Shown piece after piece: positions 1 to 13,069 of a stretch of 64,000 bases of DNA. Positions within the stretch are counted from its first letter, which is position 1, and each line of letters starts with the position of its first letter. The notes beneath the pieces are model-generated. The model was not told where the DNA came from. It saw only the letters and a list, made by a program, of their open reading frames with translations, and did no database searches. Location: assembly GCF_963921235.1 (NCBI RefSeq), contig NC_086108.1:4774001-4838000 (forward strand), given 5' to 3'. This stretch comes from Mobula hypostoma (taxonomy: Eukaryota). Both the position numbers and the translations under genes were made by a program.

Positions 1-1421
1 GGAGGGAGAGGGGGAGAGGGAAGATGGGGAGGAGGGGGGAGAGGGAGAGGGAGAGAGGGAAGATGGGGAGGAGAGGGGGAGAGGGAAGATGGGGAGGAGG
101 AGAGGGGGAGGGAGAGGGGGAGAGGGAAGATGGGGAGGAGGAGAGGGGGAGGGAGAGGGGGAGAGGGAAGATGGGGAGGAGGGGGGAGAGGGAGAGGGAG
201 GGGAGAGGGAAGATGGGGAGGAGGAGAGGGAGAGGGAGAGGGAGGGGAGGGGGAAGATGGGGAGGAGGAGAGGGGGAGGGAGAGGGGGAGAGGGAAGATG
301 GGGAGGAGGAGAGGGAGAGGGAGAGGGAGGGGAGAGGGAAGATGGGGAGGAGGGGGGAGAGGGAGAGGGGGAGGGGGAAGATGGGGAGGAGGAGAGGGGG
401 AGGGAGAGGGGGAGAGGGAAGATGGGGAGGAGGAGAGGGAGAGGGAGAGGGAGGGGAGAGGGAAGATGGGGAGGAGGGGGGAGAGGGAGAGGGGGAGAGG
501 GAAGATGGGGAGGAGGAGAGGGGGAGGGAGAGGGGGAGAGGGAAGATGGGGAGGAGGGGGGAGAGGGAGAGGGAGGGGAGGGGGAAGATGGGGAGGAGGA
601 GAGGGGGAGGGAGAGGGGGAGAGGGAAGATGGGGAGGAGGAGAGGGGGAGGGAGAGGGGGAGAGGGAAGATGGGGAGGAGGAGAGGGGGAGGGAGAGGGG
701 GAGAGGGAAGATGGGGAGGAGGAGAGGGGGAGGGAGAGGGGGAGAGGGAAGATGGGGAGGAGGGGGAGAGGGAGAGGGAGGGGAGAGGGAAGATGGGGAG
801 GAGGAGAGGGAGAGGGAGGGGAGGGGGAAGATGGGGAGGAGGAGAGGGGGAGGGAGAGGGGGAGAGGGAAGATGGGGAGGAGGAGAGGGAGAGGGAGAGG
901 GAGGGGAGAGGGAAGATGGGGAGGAGGGGGAGAGGGAGAGGGGGAGAGGGAAGATGGGGAGGAGGAGAGGGGGAGGGAGAGGGGGAGAGGGAAGATGGGG
1001 AGGAGGAGAGGGAGAGGGAGAGGGAGGGGAGAGGGAAGATGGGGAGGAGGGGGGAGAGGGAGAGGGGGAGAGGGAAGATGGGGAGGAGGAGAGGGGGAGG
1101 GAGAGGGGGAGAGGGAAGATGGGGAGGAGGGGGGAGAGGGAGAGGGAGGGGAGGGGGAAGATGGGGAGGAGGAGAGGGGGAGGGAGAGGGGGAGAGGGAA
1201 GATGGGGAGGAGGAGAGGGGGAGGGAGAGGGGGAGAGGGAAGATGGGGAGGAGGAGAGGGGGAGGGAGAGGGGGAGAGGGAAGATGGGGAGGAGGGGGGA
1301 GAGGGAGAGGGGGAGAGGGAAGATGGGGAGGAGGGGGGAGAGGGAGAGGGGGAGAGGGAAGATGGGGAGGAGGAGAGGGGGAGGGAGAGGGGGAGAGGGA
1401 AGATGGGGAGGAGGGGGGAGA
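1..1421. repeat. Polypurine (GA-rich) minisatellite, variable unit of about 35-50 bp built on GGAAGATGGGGAGGAGG; runs off the window start
   Basis: No C on the + strand, and T occurs only within GATG; dozens of unit variants. Confidence 0.95.
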
Positions 1422-2149
1422 CTTCTTTTGGTAGCAGCATACACTGCTGTCTCGATGTTTCAATCTCTCGTAACGTTTTAGGCGGTGACATCGACGAGGA
1501 ATTGGGTCATCCACAGGGCCGCACCCCTAAGATATTAAATATCTTAATTTGAAAATAGCAATATGCTGTCAACAGAGCCTAAACCCAGCTCTCTCTTATA
1601 AACGTTCCAATCAGGGGTAGCAAGGTAGTAGGTGCCGGAAATCCAAAGCATACAAACACACACAAGACTGAGCAGGCCAGGCAGCATCTATGGAAAAGAG
1701 TAAACTGTTGACGTTTTGTGCTGAGACCTTTCATCAGGAGTGAGGTAGTGTTTATGAGTTCAATGTCCATTTAGAAATTGAATGGCAGAGGAGAAGAAGC
1801 TGTTCCTGAATCACTGAGTGTGCGACTTCAGGCTTCTGTACCTCCTTCCCAACGATAACAATGAGAAGAGGGACAATCGCTTTAGAGCTCCAGTAATCAC
1901 CGAGTGGGGTTTGATTCCTGCTGTAGGTAAGGAGTTTTGACATTTTCCCTGTGGGTGCTCTGGTACCCTCCCACAGTGCAGAGTTGTACAGGTTAGGGTT
2001 GGTAAGTTTGTAGACATGCTCCGTTGGTGCTGGAAGCGTGGCGACACTTGCTGCCCCAGCAAATCCTCAGGCTGCGCTGGTTGTTGGCGCATTTCACTAT
2101 ATGTTTTGAAGCACATGTGACAAATAAAACTAATCTTTTAAAGTTAATC

Positions 2150-2520
2150 TTTAATTGGCTTGTTCGCAGTAAAGGTTATACCTGGCAAACACTCTTCATC
2201 ATCTGAAAGTCAAAAACAAATTTACTCCCATTTCCCGATTCCAAACAGTATCTGTGCTAAACTTTCCATTGACTTTATTCATCTCAGTCGAAGAGGGATA
2301 CCTAACAGACTGCCACTCCTAGCACGGTATCAGACTCAACAGGATGAGAAGCTTGCTGGGCTGGGTAAGCTTTTGAAAGCAGCCACACTTCCACACACAG
2401 GCGGGAAGGAGACCGGTCACATGATTGATTGAGTAACCCTGGCGTTATGCACTGCATAATAATCCCAGGGATAGGCATCATTTCCCAACCTTCAAGTTCC
2501 TGGAAATTGTGGCTGCATCC
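2150..2520 (+). mobile_element. Possible retroviral pol remnant
   Basis: HFPIP....KLSIDFIHL resembles the start of a retroviral integrase core; very decayed. Confidence 0.3.
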
Positions 2521-4419
2521 CAGCAGTGCAGGTTTACATAAGAGTTGAGCCTTGTCTCTAAACCTGAAGGATGAGTTTGGGTTGTTTGTATAATCTCCTT
2601 CAGGTTTTGACATTAATTTGCAAGGATTACAACGTGCTCTCTACTTTAGAGTGAAGAAAGTAGCTCTTAGCCACATCAAGATCGAAGTGAAGATATGCTT
2701 CCTCACTGTGGTCGAGGGCAGGGTCAGGATGCTTGACAATGGCACCCCTCTGTAAGCATCCGAGAATTCACAGGGGAATCATCAAGCCCACAGGCAGAAG
2801 TGACTCAAGCAGTTGTTACATGAAGTTAGTCTAAACTTATTCTCAATTAAAGCCATATGGGTTCGGGATTGTAAACCCATCAACTGAGGTGTCCCAAGAA
2901 ATGGATGCAGCTCCTGGCATCTCCCTTGCCATTCGATGGAAACATTGAGACAGCGCGTGCGGCTGTCGGAGGCCTCCGTACCTCAGCAATCATGCTCTCT
3001 CTCTCTCTCTCTCGATGGTGAGACAGAGTTTGCTGATTCTCAACTCAGGGGAACTCGCAATAAGCAAAGCTGCAGACTGTAACATTGAAACAGCGAGCTG
3101 TTTGATGGCCTCCCCTCTTGCTGTGGCAGGAGCGATATCTCTCTCTCCCTCTCGAGGGACAGAGAGAGACTGACTGAGATGTTGAAGTGTTGGGAGGGAC
3201 CGTTTTTTTTTGATTGACTCTAGATCAAGGTCTCTTTGGGGACTTTGCTACTGCTTGCATGGTGGGTGGTGGTGGGGTGTGATACTTTCGGCTGCTTGTG
3301 CGTGGGAGGGGAAGGGGGTCTTTGGGGTTCTAATCTTTTTTCTGTCACTCATTCTTTGGGGTTTTTTCTCTCTGTTTCATGGATGTCTGTGAAGAGTAAG
3401 GATTTCAGGTTGTATACTGTATCTATCCTTGGACATTAAATTGAATCATTGAATCATTCAATAAAAACACGACAGATTGTTTCCTTCAGGCCCTGGTGAT
3501 GTGGGTGATTGTCCTGCTGCTGTGTAACCCCTAGAACATATTTTCAATTCTGACCCCAGCCTCTGTTTCTGTGTACCTTTTTATGCTGGCATCTTCCCCT
3601 TCCTTCTCAGTCATGAAGAAGGGTCTCAGCCCAAAACGTCAGCTGTTTATTCATTTCCACGGACGCTGCTCAACCTGCTGAGTTCCTCCGGCATTTTGCA
3701 ACTACTGTTAACGTGGAGTTTGCATGTTGAAGATCGGAAGAATATTAGCTTTATTTGTCTCATGTATTTTGGAGATTACAGTGAAATGCATCATTTGTGT
3801 CAAATCAAATGAGTGAGGATTACGCTAGGCAGCCCCCGAGTGTTGCCACACTTCCAGAGTCAGTACAGCCTGCCCACAGTTACTAACCCTAACTGGTACA
3901 TCTTTGGAATGTGGGAGGAAACTGAAGCACCCGGAAGAAACACACGCGGCCGCAGGGAGAACATACAATCTCATTACAGATGGGAGGTGGGAACTGAATC
4001 CCGATTAGTGATCGCTGGGGTTATAAAGCATATGCGCTAACTGTGCTGCACATGTTCTGTGAGTACCAATACTAAGGCAACGAACAGATGGAGACTATGT
4101 TGGCTGACTGAAGAGCCTTGCACTCAAAGATATGGTATATAAGTCCCTGATGAAGCCCAAAGCATTGACGGCTTATTCCCCTCCATAGACACTGCCTAAA
4201 CATCAGCATTTTGTATGTGTTACTCTGGACTTCCAGCGCCTGCACAATCTCTTGAGTTTATGGTCTAAAAATTAGATCCTTGCCTTTCAGAAGCAAAGCT
4301 TCTACACAAAGGTGGGTGAAGTTTTGATCTCTTCCACTAGAGAGAATTAACATTCAATTCAATTCAAGTTTACTTGTCATTCAACCATACATGAACGCCC
4401 ATGAATACAAAAGCAAAAT

Positions 4420-4910
4420 AGGGTACAGGATCTCCTGTAGAGACTGCAACAAGAACTATGTCGGGCAGACAGGATGTAAACTCTAAACTCGTTTACGGGA
4501 ACACAAACTGGTGGTATGGAGACATGATCCACTGTCGCTGATCTCAGTACATGAAGACCGAGAAAGACACGACTTTAACGGTACACTGCAGAGTTTCTGG
4601 TGCAGGCAAACACGAAGCAAGCAGGAGAACCTTTAGAAGTGTGGTTCTCTTCTTATAATTCCGTAAACAAACCTATCAAGATAGACACCAAATACAAACC
4701 CTTAAGAGCCAAAGAAACATGAGTCAATAGAATTCAAAGGTTATCTGATGGGGTAGCCAATCAGGACCGAGGCAAGCGAAAGAGGGCCTATATAAAGGTG
4801 AGTACTCCCACACAGAAACACCAGTTACTGTGCACTGAGGTTGTAACCTCGACTGGTGATGAAATGTCTGCAGCTAGTTGCCAAGCCCAGCGAGCACCAC
4901 AACATCAAAC
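4420..4910 (+). mobile_element. Penelope-like element 3' remnant (GIY-YIG endonuclease fragment plus terminal repeat)
   Basis: Translates to ..CRDCNKNYVGQTGCKL*TRLREHKL.., a GIY-YIG pattern; followed by a hammerhead-like motif. Related minus-strand copy at about 22070-22420. Confidence 0.7.
4831..4872 (+). ncRNA. Degenerate Penelope-type hammerhead ribozyme (family 2)
   Basis: tgca-CTGAGGT-tgtaacc-tcgact-ggtgat-GAAA-TGTC-tgca; sister copy at 22113-22158 on the minus strand has CTGAGGA. Confidence 0.55.
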
Positions 4911-6044
4911 CCATGAATACAACCAAACAGCATTACTCTGGGGCCAAGGCGCAAAACACTGTACCAACAGTCACACACAGCACAAGGTACATATAACACA
5001 TATAAAATATCAGTAAAACACAGTCACACACACAAAAAAAATTATGGTCCACTGCACCGGATCCAGCTAGGACGCGATGCTACACCACCCCCCAGCACTC
5101 CTGTGGAGCACACTGACTCTGACGCCTCTCTCCTGGGCTGCTGCAAACAGAAGACACCATGGTCTGAAGTCGAGTCCTTGCTATGACTGAGGCTACACAG
5201 ATCCCCCCCGACTACCTCTGCATCTGCCAATAAACCAATGAATTCTGCATCAACAATGTCCAGCAGGGTCTTGCGATCACAAGAAAAGCAGCTAAGGCAA
5301 GCACCTGCCGTTACGACTGCACACCTCCTTCAAGCAGCACTCCTCTGACACCTCTCTGTCTCAGGCAGCAGCACGATATACACCAAGTCCAGCTCTTTTA
5401 ACTTCTCTGCCAACAAGCATCCCACTGATAGGGTAGGCCTGCAGCACTTCCAAGTTTTCAATGTCCTCCCGGGTCTTGCGATCATAAGTTTACAGGAGCC
5501 AATACCAGCTCTGGTTGGCCTGAGTGCACCGCCATCTTACCAGAAATACTGAGTTACTTGTAAATGTCATGTATTTTTTTACATAAACATTTTATTAAGT
5601 AATGGTAAATGGAATCAGTTCACAGAGCTGACACAAACTCACTAAATAGTTCCTATCAAATGACTTAAGTGGTTCAATTTAATATCACATACAACCTAAA
5701 ATTCTTACTCTTCACAGACATTCACAAAATAAGAAATCCCAGGGAATGAATGATAGAAACGTCCTCCCCCTCCCATCATACAAACAGCAGTAGAAGCATC
5801 AACCCTGCCCCTCCCCCTTCCTCCACTCACACTCCCCCCACCCCCCAAACCATGCATGCAATAGCAGAAGCGACCTTCTAAGAGACCTTGATCAGGAAGC
5901 CTTCAAAAACTACAGTCCACAACCCAGGTCACTCTCCTACCACAACGAGAGTGGAGACAGGTGACTCGCTATTTCCACGTTACAATCTCAAAGTCAAAGA
6001 TCCAAACAGTGCCTTTCCTCTTCCTTCATCGTTTTGACTTCAAC

Positions 6045-6808
6045 AGCAGTAAGGTAATGTCGCCATTCTATAAAACCCTGGTTAGACCACACTTGGAATA
6101 TTGCGTTCAGTTCTGTTTGCCCCATTATAGAAAGAATGTGGAAGCTTTAGAGAGGCTGTAGAGAAGATTTACCAGGATGCTGTCTGGATTAGAGAGCACT
6201 TCTTATCAAGATAGCCTGAGCGAACTAGGGCTTTTCTCTTTGGAGTGAAGGAGAAGAGAGATGACTTGATAGAGATGTACAAGATGGTACAGTTGAGCGG
6301 ACAGCCAGAGATCTTTTCTCGGGGTGGAAACGGCAAAATGAAGAGGACATAATTTTAAGGTGTTTGGAAGAGATTACAGGGGGGAGGTCAGAGGTAAGTT
6401 TTTTTTTTACACATAGGGTGGTGGGTAAATGGAATGTACAAACAGGGGCCATGGTAGAGGCAGATACATTAGGGACAGAGGGTGGTGAATCTGTGGAATT
6501 TGTTGCCACGGGCGGCAGTGGAGGTGAAGTCATTGGGTGTATTTAAGGCAGAGATTGATAGGTATCTGAGTAGCCAGGGCATCAAGGGTTACGGTGAGAA
6601 GGCGAGGGAGTGGGACTAAATAGGAGAATGGATCAGCTCATGATAAAATGGCGGAGCAGACTCGAATGGCCGACTTCTGCTCCTTTGTCTTATGGTCTTA
6701 TGGACATTCAAGAAACTCTTAAGATAGGCACATGGAGGATAGAAAAATGGAGGGCTATGTGGGAGGGAAGGGTTAGATTGATCTTAGAGTAGATTAAAGG
6801 GTTAGCAA
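6045..6808 (+). mobile_element. CR1 LINE 3' fragments, one nested in another
   Basis: YKTLVRPHLEYCVQF CR1 ORF2 motif; second CR1 3' end at about 6478-6701 flanked by ggaca. Confidence 0.8.
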
Positions 6809-7069
6809 GGTAGCGATTAGTTAGCACAACACTTTACAGTACCGGCAACCCGGCGTCAATTCCTGCTGCTGCCTGTAAGGAGTTTGTACGTTCTCCCTGT
6901 GACTGTGTGGGTTTCCTCTGGGTGCTCCAGTTTCCTCCCACAGTCCAAAGACGTACTGGTAGGTAGGTTAATTGCACATTGTAAATTGTCCCGTGATTAG
7001 GCAGCTTGCTGGGTGGTGTGGCTTGAAGGGCCGGAAGGGCCTATTCCCTGTTGTATCCCAATAAACAAA
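6809..7069 (+). mobile_element. V-SINE/HE1-like tRNA-derived SINE
   Basis: Core GTTTGTACGTTCTCCCTGTGACTGTGTGGGTTTCCTCTGGGTGCTCCAGTTTCCTCCCACAGTCCAAAGAC; further copies at about 19866-20145 (+), 20370-20620 (+), 33830-34000 (-) and 37540-37795 (-). Confidence 0.75.
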
Positions 7070-7071
7070 TA

Positions 7072-8667
7072 CAGTGGTATGCAAAAGTTTGGGCACCCAT
7101 GGTCAAAATTTCTCTTACTGTGAATAGCTAAGTGAGTAAAATATGACCTGATTTCCAGAAGGCATAAAGTTAAAGATGACACATTTCTTTACTATTTTAA
7201 GCAAAATTACTTTTTTATTTCCATCTTTTACAGTTTCAAAATAACAAAAAAGGAAAAGGGCCCAAAGCAAAAGTTTGTGCACCCTGCATGGTCAGTACTT
7301 AGTAACACCAGCTTTGGCAAGTATCACAGCTTGTAAATGCTTTTTGTAGCCAGCTAAGAGTCTTTCAATTCTTGTCTGGGGGATTTTTGCCCATTCTTCC
7401 TTGCAAAAGGCTTCTAGCTCTGTGAGATTCTTGGGCTGTCTTGCATGCACTGCTCTTCTGAGGTCTATCCACAGATTTTCAATGATGTTTAGATCGGGGG
7501 ATTGTGAGGGTCATGGCAAAACCCTCAGCTTGCGCCTCTCTTGAGGTAGTCCATTGTGGATTTTGAGGTGTGTTCAGGATCATTATCCTGTTGTAGAAGC
7601 CATCCTCTTTTCATCTTCAGCTTCTTTACAGACGGTGTGATGTTTGCTTCCAGAATTTGTTGGTATTTAATTGAATTCATTCTTCCCTCTACCAGTGAAA
7701 TGTTCCCCATGCCACTGGCTGCAACACAAGCCCAAAGCATGATCGATCCACCCCCGTGCTTAACAGTTGGAGAGGTGTTCTTTTCATGAAATTCTGCACC
7801 CTCTTTTCTCCAAACATACCTTTGCTCATTGCGGCTAAGAAGTTCTATCTTAACTTCATCAATCAGTCCACAGGACTTGTTTCCAAAATGCATCAGGCTT
7901 GTTTAGATGTTCCTTTGCAAACTTCTGACGCTGAATTTTGTGGTGAGGACGCAGGAAAGGTTTTCTTCTGATGACTCTTCCATGAAGGTCATATTTGTGC
8001 AGGTGTCGCTGCACAGTAGAACAGTGCACCACCACTCCAGAGTCTGCTAAATCTTCCTGAAGGTCTTTTGCAGTCAAACGGGGGTTTTGATTTGCCTTTC
8101 TAGCAATCCTACGAGCAGTTCTCTCGGAAAGTTTTCTTGGTCTTCCAGACCTCAGCTTGACCTCCACTGTTCCTGTTAACTGCCATTTCTTAATAACATT
8201 ACAAACTGAGGAAACGGCTACCTGAAAACGCATTGCTATCTTCTTATAGCTTTCTCCTGCTTTGTGGGCATCATTTATTTTAATTTTCAGAGTGTTAGGC
8301 AGCTGCCTAGAGGAGCCCATGGCTGCTGATTGTTGGGACAAGGTTTGAGGAATCTGGGTATTTATAAAGCTTTGAAATTTGCATCACCTGGCCTTTCCCA
8401 ACGATGACTGTGAACAAGCCATAGCCCTAACAAGCTAATTAAGGTCTGAGACCTCGGTAAAAGTTATCTGAGAGCTCAAATCTCTTTGGGTGCCCAAACT
8501 TTGGCATGGTGCTCCCTTCCTTTTTTTCACTCTAAAATTGTACAAAACAAAAATAATACACAAATCTTGCTTAAAATGTTGAAAAGAACGTTTCATCTTT
8601 AACTTCATGACTTTTGGAGATCTGTTAATCTTCTACTCACTTAACTACTCACAGTAACAGAAATTTT
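7072..8667 (-). mobile_element. Tc1 (DD34E) transposon, frameshifted transposase, one terminus truncated
   Basis: TA|CAGTGGTATGCAAAAGTTTGGGCACCC terminus; ORF pieces 7859-8341 (HTH) and 7525-7893 ([18 protein letters not shown]); same family as 31961-33579. Confidence 0.92.
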
Positions 8668-8736
8668 TATTTGTAAATAAATAAATATCGTGGGCCAAAG
8701 GGTTGTATTGTACTGTGCTGTGCTATGTTCTAATGC

Positions 8737-8815
8737 AGGAGTTCCCCACCTGAGGTCCACAGACCCCTCAGTTAATGGCAATGGTCCATGGCATAAAAAA
8801 AGGGCTGAACCCCTG
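8737..8815. mobile_element. About 80-bp hAT (Charlie/Buster-type) MITE
   Basis: Consensus termini CAGGGGTTCCCAACCT...AGGTTGGGAACCCCTG; copies also at about 34446-34525 and 39208-39286, with degenerate 8-bp flanking duplications. Confidence 0.7.
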
Positions 8816-9286
8816 TTCCAAGGGTACTAAGGGATTATGGAAAACAGATCAATGGAGTCAGGCCAGAGTCAGCACGATCTCACTAAATGACAGGAGAGAG
8901 TCAAAGAGCCTAAAGAATTCTTTCAATTTCCTTCATCGTATATGCAAGCAGTAAAACGAGGCTGTTGATTATACTGTGGGGGATACACTTTAGGCTGGGG
9001 GAGGAGGGAAACCCATAGAGTCCAGGAACAGGCCAAATTAATGTTCGTGACTTGAGTTAAAATACTTTGGATAATTGCACCATCGGTTGATTTTAATTTG
9101 CATTCACAGCAGCCTGGCCAGTTTCCAGCAGGGGAAAGGAACAACATTATTCAGCAACAACACTAACAAAAGTGGCGAAAAATGCTAATTCTAGGCAAGT
9201 TCATCAGAACATTTGTTCTAATAACATGCAGAATGGGTCCTCATACAAGTTGGAGATACAGGCAGGTTTTCACTGGGTTTGCGCTT

Positions 9287-9470
9287 AGAGCAACACTCAA
9301 CAAAATGCTGGAGGAACTCAGCAGGTCAGGCAGCATCTATGGAGAGGAATAAACAGTCGATGTTTTGGGCCAAGATGAAGGGTCTTGGCCTGAAACCTTG
9401 ACAGTTTTTCCTTTCCCATGGATGCTGCCTGACCTGCTGAATACCTCCAGCATTTTGTGTGTGTTGCTCT
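9287..9470. repeat. Inverted pair of Penelope-derived terminal repeats forming a hairpin
   Basis: agagcaacac...aaaatgctggaggaactcagcaggtcaggcagcatc pairs with gatgctgcctgacctgctgaatacctccagcattttg...gttgctct; similar structure at about 45795-45950. Confidence 0.8.
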
Positions 9471-9598
9471 GACCATCAATATTGCCTAACATGCAGAGTA
9501 CCTCCAGCACTTTGAGTGTGTAACTCTGGATTTCCAGCATCTGCAGAAAATCTCTTGTGTTTCTGGTTTGTAATTAACCCAGATCCTTCAGAGCTTAC

Positions 9599-9873
9599 CT
9601 GCGTGGGCTTCCGTCTTCATGGGGGGGAATGATGACTACCTTCACAGTCACTGACGTTCTCAGCAGGTCAATCATCTGGTCGTGGGTCAACGTCACAATT
9701 GCCACTTTGCAAATTTCCACCAATCTACTTCCCTGCCTCAGTCCCGCTTGCCAAGCAAATCCGTATTCTTCCACTTCAGCCACCGTGCCGTCATACTTGA
9801 CATGGAAACCAAGCTGCCCGAGGCCATTCCGCCGCAGGGTCATGTCGACAGTCTCACACCCTTTTGCCACAAT
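9599..9873 (-). CDS. SIPA1L3: SIPA1L3 coding exon 8 (275 nt, PDZ domain)
   Basis: GCTCTGCAG|ATT...; [57 protein letters not shown]...[12 protein letters not shown]; donor AG|GTAAGC; phase 0 to 2. Confidence 0.96.
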
Positions 9874-10229
9874 CTGCAGAGCAAAGGTGGGTAAACAAGA
9901 GAACCAGGTTTAATATCACTGGTATACATCGTGAAATTTGTTAACTTTGCGGCAACAGTACAATGCAATGCATAATAGAGAAACAAACTGAATTACAGAA
10001 ACTAGTTAAATTAAATGAGTAGTGCAAAAATAGAAAAAAAAAGTAGTGAGGTAGTGTTCATGGGTTCAATGTCCGTTCAGAAATCTGATGGCAGAGGGGA
10101 AGAAGCTGTTCCTGAATTGTCGAGTGTGTATCTTCAGGCTTCTGTATCTCGATCCTGAGGATAGCAACGAGAAGAGGGCATGTTCTGGGTGAGGGGGGGT
10201 CCTTACTGATGGGTGCCATCTTCTTGAAC

Positions 10230-12190
10230 TGGAGGGGAATCCCACACCCTGTACCTCCCGTTTCTACCCCCTACCCAAGATCCACAAACCCGTTTGTCCA
10301 GGTAGACCCACTGTTTCAGCTTGTTTCTGCTCCACTGAACTCATATCTGCATACCTCAACTCCGCTTTATCCCCCCTAGTTCAGTCCCTTCCCTTCCTGC
10401 CTACATCCGTGACACTTCACATGCTCGGGATCCCTTCAATGATTTCAGGTTCCCTGGCTCCCATCATCTTATTTTCACTATGGATGTCTAGTCCCTATAT
10501 GCCTCCATCCCCCACAGGGGGGCCTCAAAGCTCTCCATTACTTTCTGGACACCAGACCCAACCAGTTCTCCACCAGCACTCCCCTCCACATGGAGGAACT
10601 TGTCTTCACTCCTTACACTTTCGCATTTGGCTCCTCCCACCTCCTTCAAACGAAAGATGTAGCCATGGGTCCCAGCTATACCTGCCTGTTTGTCAGCTAT
10701 GTGGAACAGTCCATGTTGCACGTGGTGACCGTCCCTCACTTCTCCTATGCTACATTGACAACTGCATTGGTGCTGCTTCCTGCACCTGTGCTGAACTCGT
10801 CCACTTTATCCAACTTCCACCCTGCGCTCAAATTTACCTGGTCCATTTCCGACACCTCCCTCCCCTTTCTCATTCTCACTGTCTCTATCTCTGGAAACAG
10901 CTTATCTACTGATATCTATTATAAACCCACGGACTCTCACAGTTTCCTAGCCTAGACTATACCTGCTCCCAGCTTGTTACGTGTAAAAACGCTATCCCCT
11001 GCTCTCAATTTCTCCGTCTTCGCCACATCTGCTCTCAGGATGAGGCTTTTCATTCCAGAACGAAAGAGATGTCCTCCTTTTTCAAAGAAAGGGGCCCCTT
11101 CCTCCACTATCAACACTGTCCTCAACCATATCTCTTCTATTTCACACATGTTGGCTCTTGTCCCATCTTCTCACCACCATACCAGGGACAGGGTTCCTCC
11201 TGTCCTCACCTGCCACCTCACCAGCCTCCACACCCAGCACATAGTTCTCCGTAATTTCGGCCATCTCCAACAGGATTCCACCACCAAGCACATCTTTCCC
11301 ACCAACCCCCCCGCCCATTTTCTGCTTTCCCCAGGGATCGCTCCCTACACTACACCCTTGTCCATTTGTCCCACCCCACTGATCTCCCTCCTGGCACTTA
11401 TCCTTGCAAGCAGAACAAGTGCTACACTTGCCTCTACACCTCCTCCCTCACTCCCATTCAGGGCCCTAAAGAGTGCTTCCAGGTGAGGTGACACTTCACC
11501 TGTGAGTCTGTTGGGATCATATACTGTGTCTGGTGCTCCCCGTATGGCCTCCTGTACATTGGTGAGACCTGACGTAGATTGGGAGATCGCTTCACCGAGC
11601 ACCTTCACTCTGTCCGCTAGAAAAAGCGGGATCTCTCAGTGGCCACCCACTTTAATTCCACTTCCCATTCCTGTATGTCCATCCATGGTCTCTCCAACTG
11701 TTGTGATTAGGTCTCACTTAGCTTGGAGGAACAACACCTTATATTCTGTTTGGGTAGCCTCCAACCTGATGGCATAAACTCAAATTTCTCAAATTTATGG
11801 TAATGCCAGCCACACCCCCCTCTCCTTCACCATTTCTCTTCCCCTTTTCCCTCTTTCACCTTATCTCCTTGCTCATCCATTGCCTCCCTCTGGTCCTCCT
11901 CCTCCCTTTTCTTTCTTCCATGGCCTTCTGTCTCTTTCACTTATCAACTTCCCAGCTTTTTATTTCATCCTTCCCCCTTCTGGTTTCAACTATCACCTTG
12001 AGCTTCTCTCTCCCCTCCCCACACCTGTGAAAACTACTCCTCAGCTTTTTTTCTCCTGCTGAAGGGTTCTGGCCTGAAACATCGACAATACTCTTTTCCA
12101 TAGATGCTGTCTGGCCTGTTGGGTTCCTCCAGCATTTTGTGTATGTTACTTGGATTTCTAACATCCTCAGACTTTCTCTTGTTTGTGATT
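10230..12190 (+). mobile_element. Penelope-like retroelement, degenerate (RT, GIY-YIG, terminal repeat with hammerhead remnant)
   Basis: RFYPLPKIHKP, VAMGPSYTCLFV, YIDNCIG, NFHPALKFT, TDIYYKPTDSH; IYCVWC...LYIGET...RLGDRFTEHL; hammerhead-like motif at about 12055-12088. Confidence 0.88.
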
Positions 12191-12412
12191 GATAATGGCT
12201 GGGGTCACTCGTTTTGTAAAGACACTGCCCAGAAGCAATCATTTCTGTCCAAACACTTTCCAAGAACAATCATGGTCAAGACCATGATTGCCCACGTCAT
12301 ACAACATGACACAGAATGAATGAATGAGTTGAAGTGCAGGGTGGTCGATATCATTGGAGCACAACCAAAAGTTTCATTCAGAATCTTCAAGCTCTCTCTC
12401 ATTCCAACTTAC

Positions 12413-12989
12413 TTTCAATCTCTGGACGATCTCCTTAATGTCCTCCACACTCTCCTCCAGTGCATGTATGAATATACAGTCGCCTCTCCCGTGGAAAATT
12501 TTGATTGTCGACGTGTCAGGTGTCCAGCCTATTACATCGTCACTGAAGCAGTTGAATACCACATCCTTGGTATTCTGCTCAATAACCACGACATACTCGG
12601 TGGAGATGCCAAGAATGCACTCCACTTCAATTGCCTGGCTGTAATCCTGCGCATAAACTCGCCACGTGATGGCCCCAGCACTGTGAAGTTCAGCTCCCAG
12701 ACGGGCTTTTGTCTTCTCTTTCTTCTTCGAGCTCAGCAGTATGAGATTAAACTTTCCGGTAGACTCCACGGGAGTGTTGGTGACACTGTTTTCTGCCAAG
12801 TCCTTCAGGTATTCCTGGCGGGTGCGTGTGGCCATGGCGTGGAACTTCTCCGACTTGTGTGCCGCATTCTCTCCATTGATGACCTTGGCCAGCAGGAATT
12901 CTCTGAAGAGCTCAGACTTGCTGAAGGTGAAACCATTAGGAATGGGTGGACCAAAGATTGGAACATCCTTGGACCTTGTCACTGCCACA
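12413..12989 (-). CDS. SIPA1L3: SIPA1L3 coding exon 7 (577 nt, RapGAP end and linker)
   Basis: TTTCCCCACAG|T GTG...; [17 protein letters not shown]...[37 protein letters not shown]...IKEIVQRLK; donor AAA|GTAAGT; phase 2 to 0. Confidence 0.96.
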
Positions 12990-13069
12990 CTGTGGGGAAA
13001 ACACAAGCAAAGCATTAAAATAATAAGCCATTATTCTCCGATCTTTCCCCGGTATATTGATTCCTGATG

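Noticed and set aside
1422..1530. Candidate next SIPA1L3 exon after TCTTAG on the minus strand
   Set aside because: The required phase-2 frame stops after about 16 codons, with no SIPA1L similarity and no clear donor.
24..1552. Three 430-490 aa G/R/E-rich ORFs in all + frames
   Set aside because: Artefact of a purine repeat that cannot contain stop codons because T occurs only in GATGG.
12320..13067. 232-aa and 108-aa + strand ORFs
   Set aside because: Antisense shadows of SIPA1L3 exon 7.
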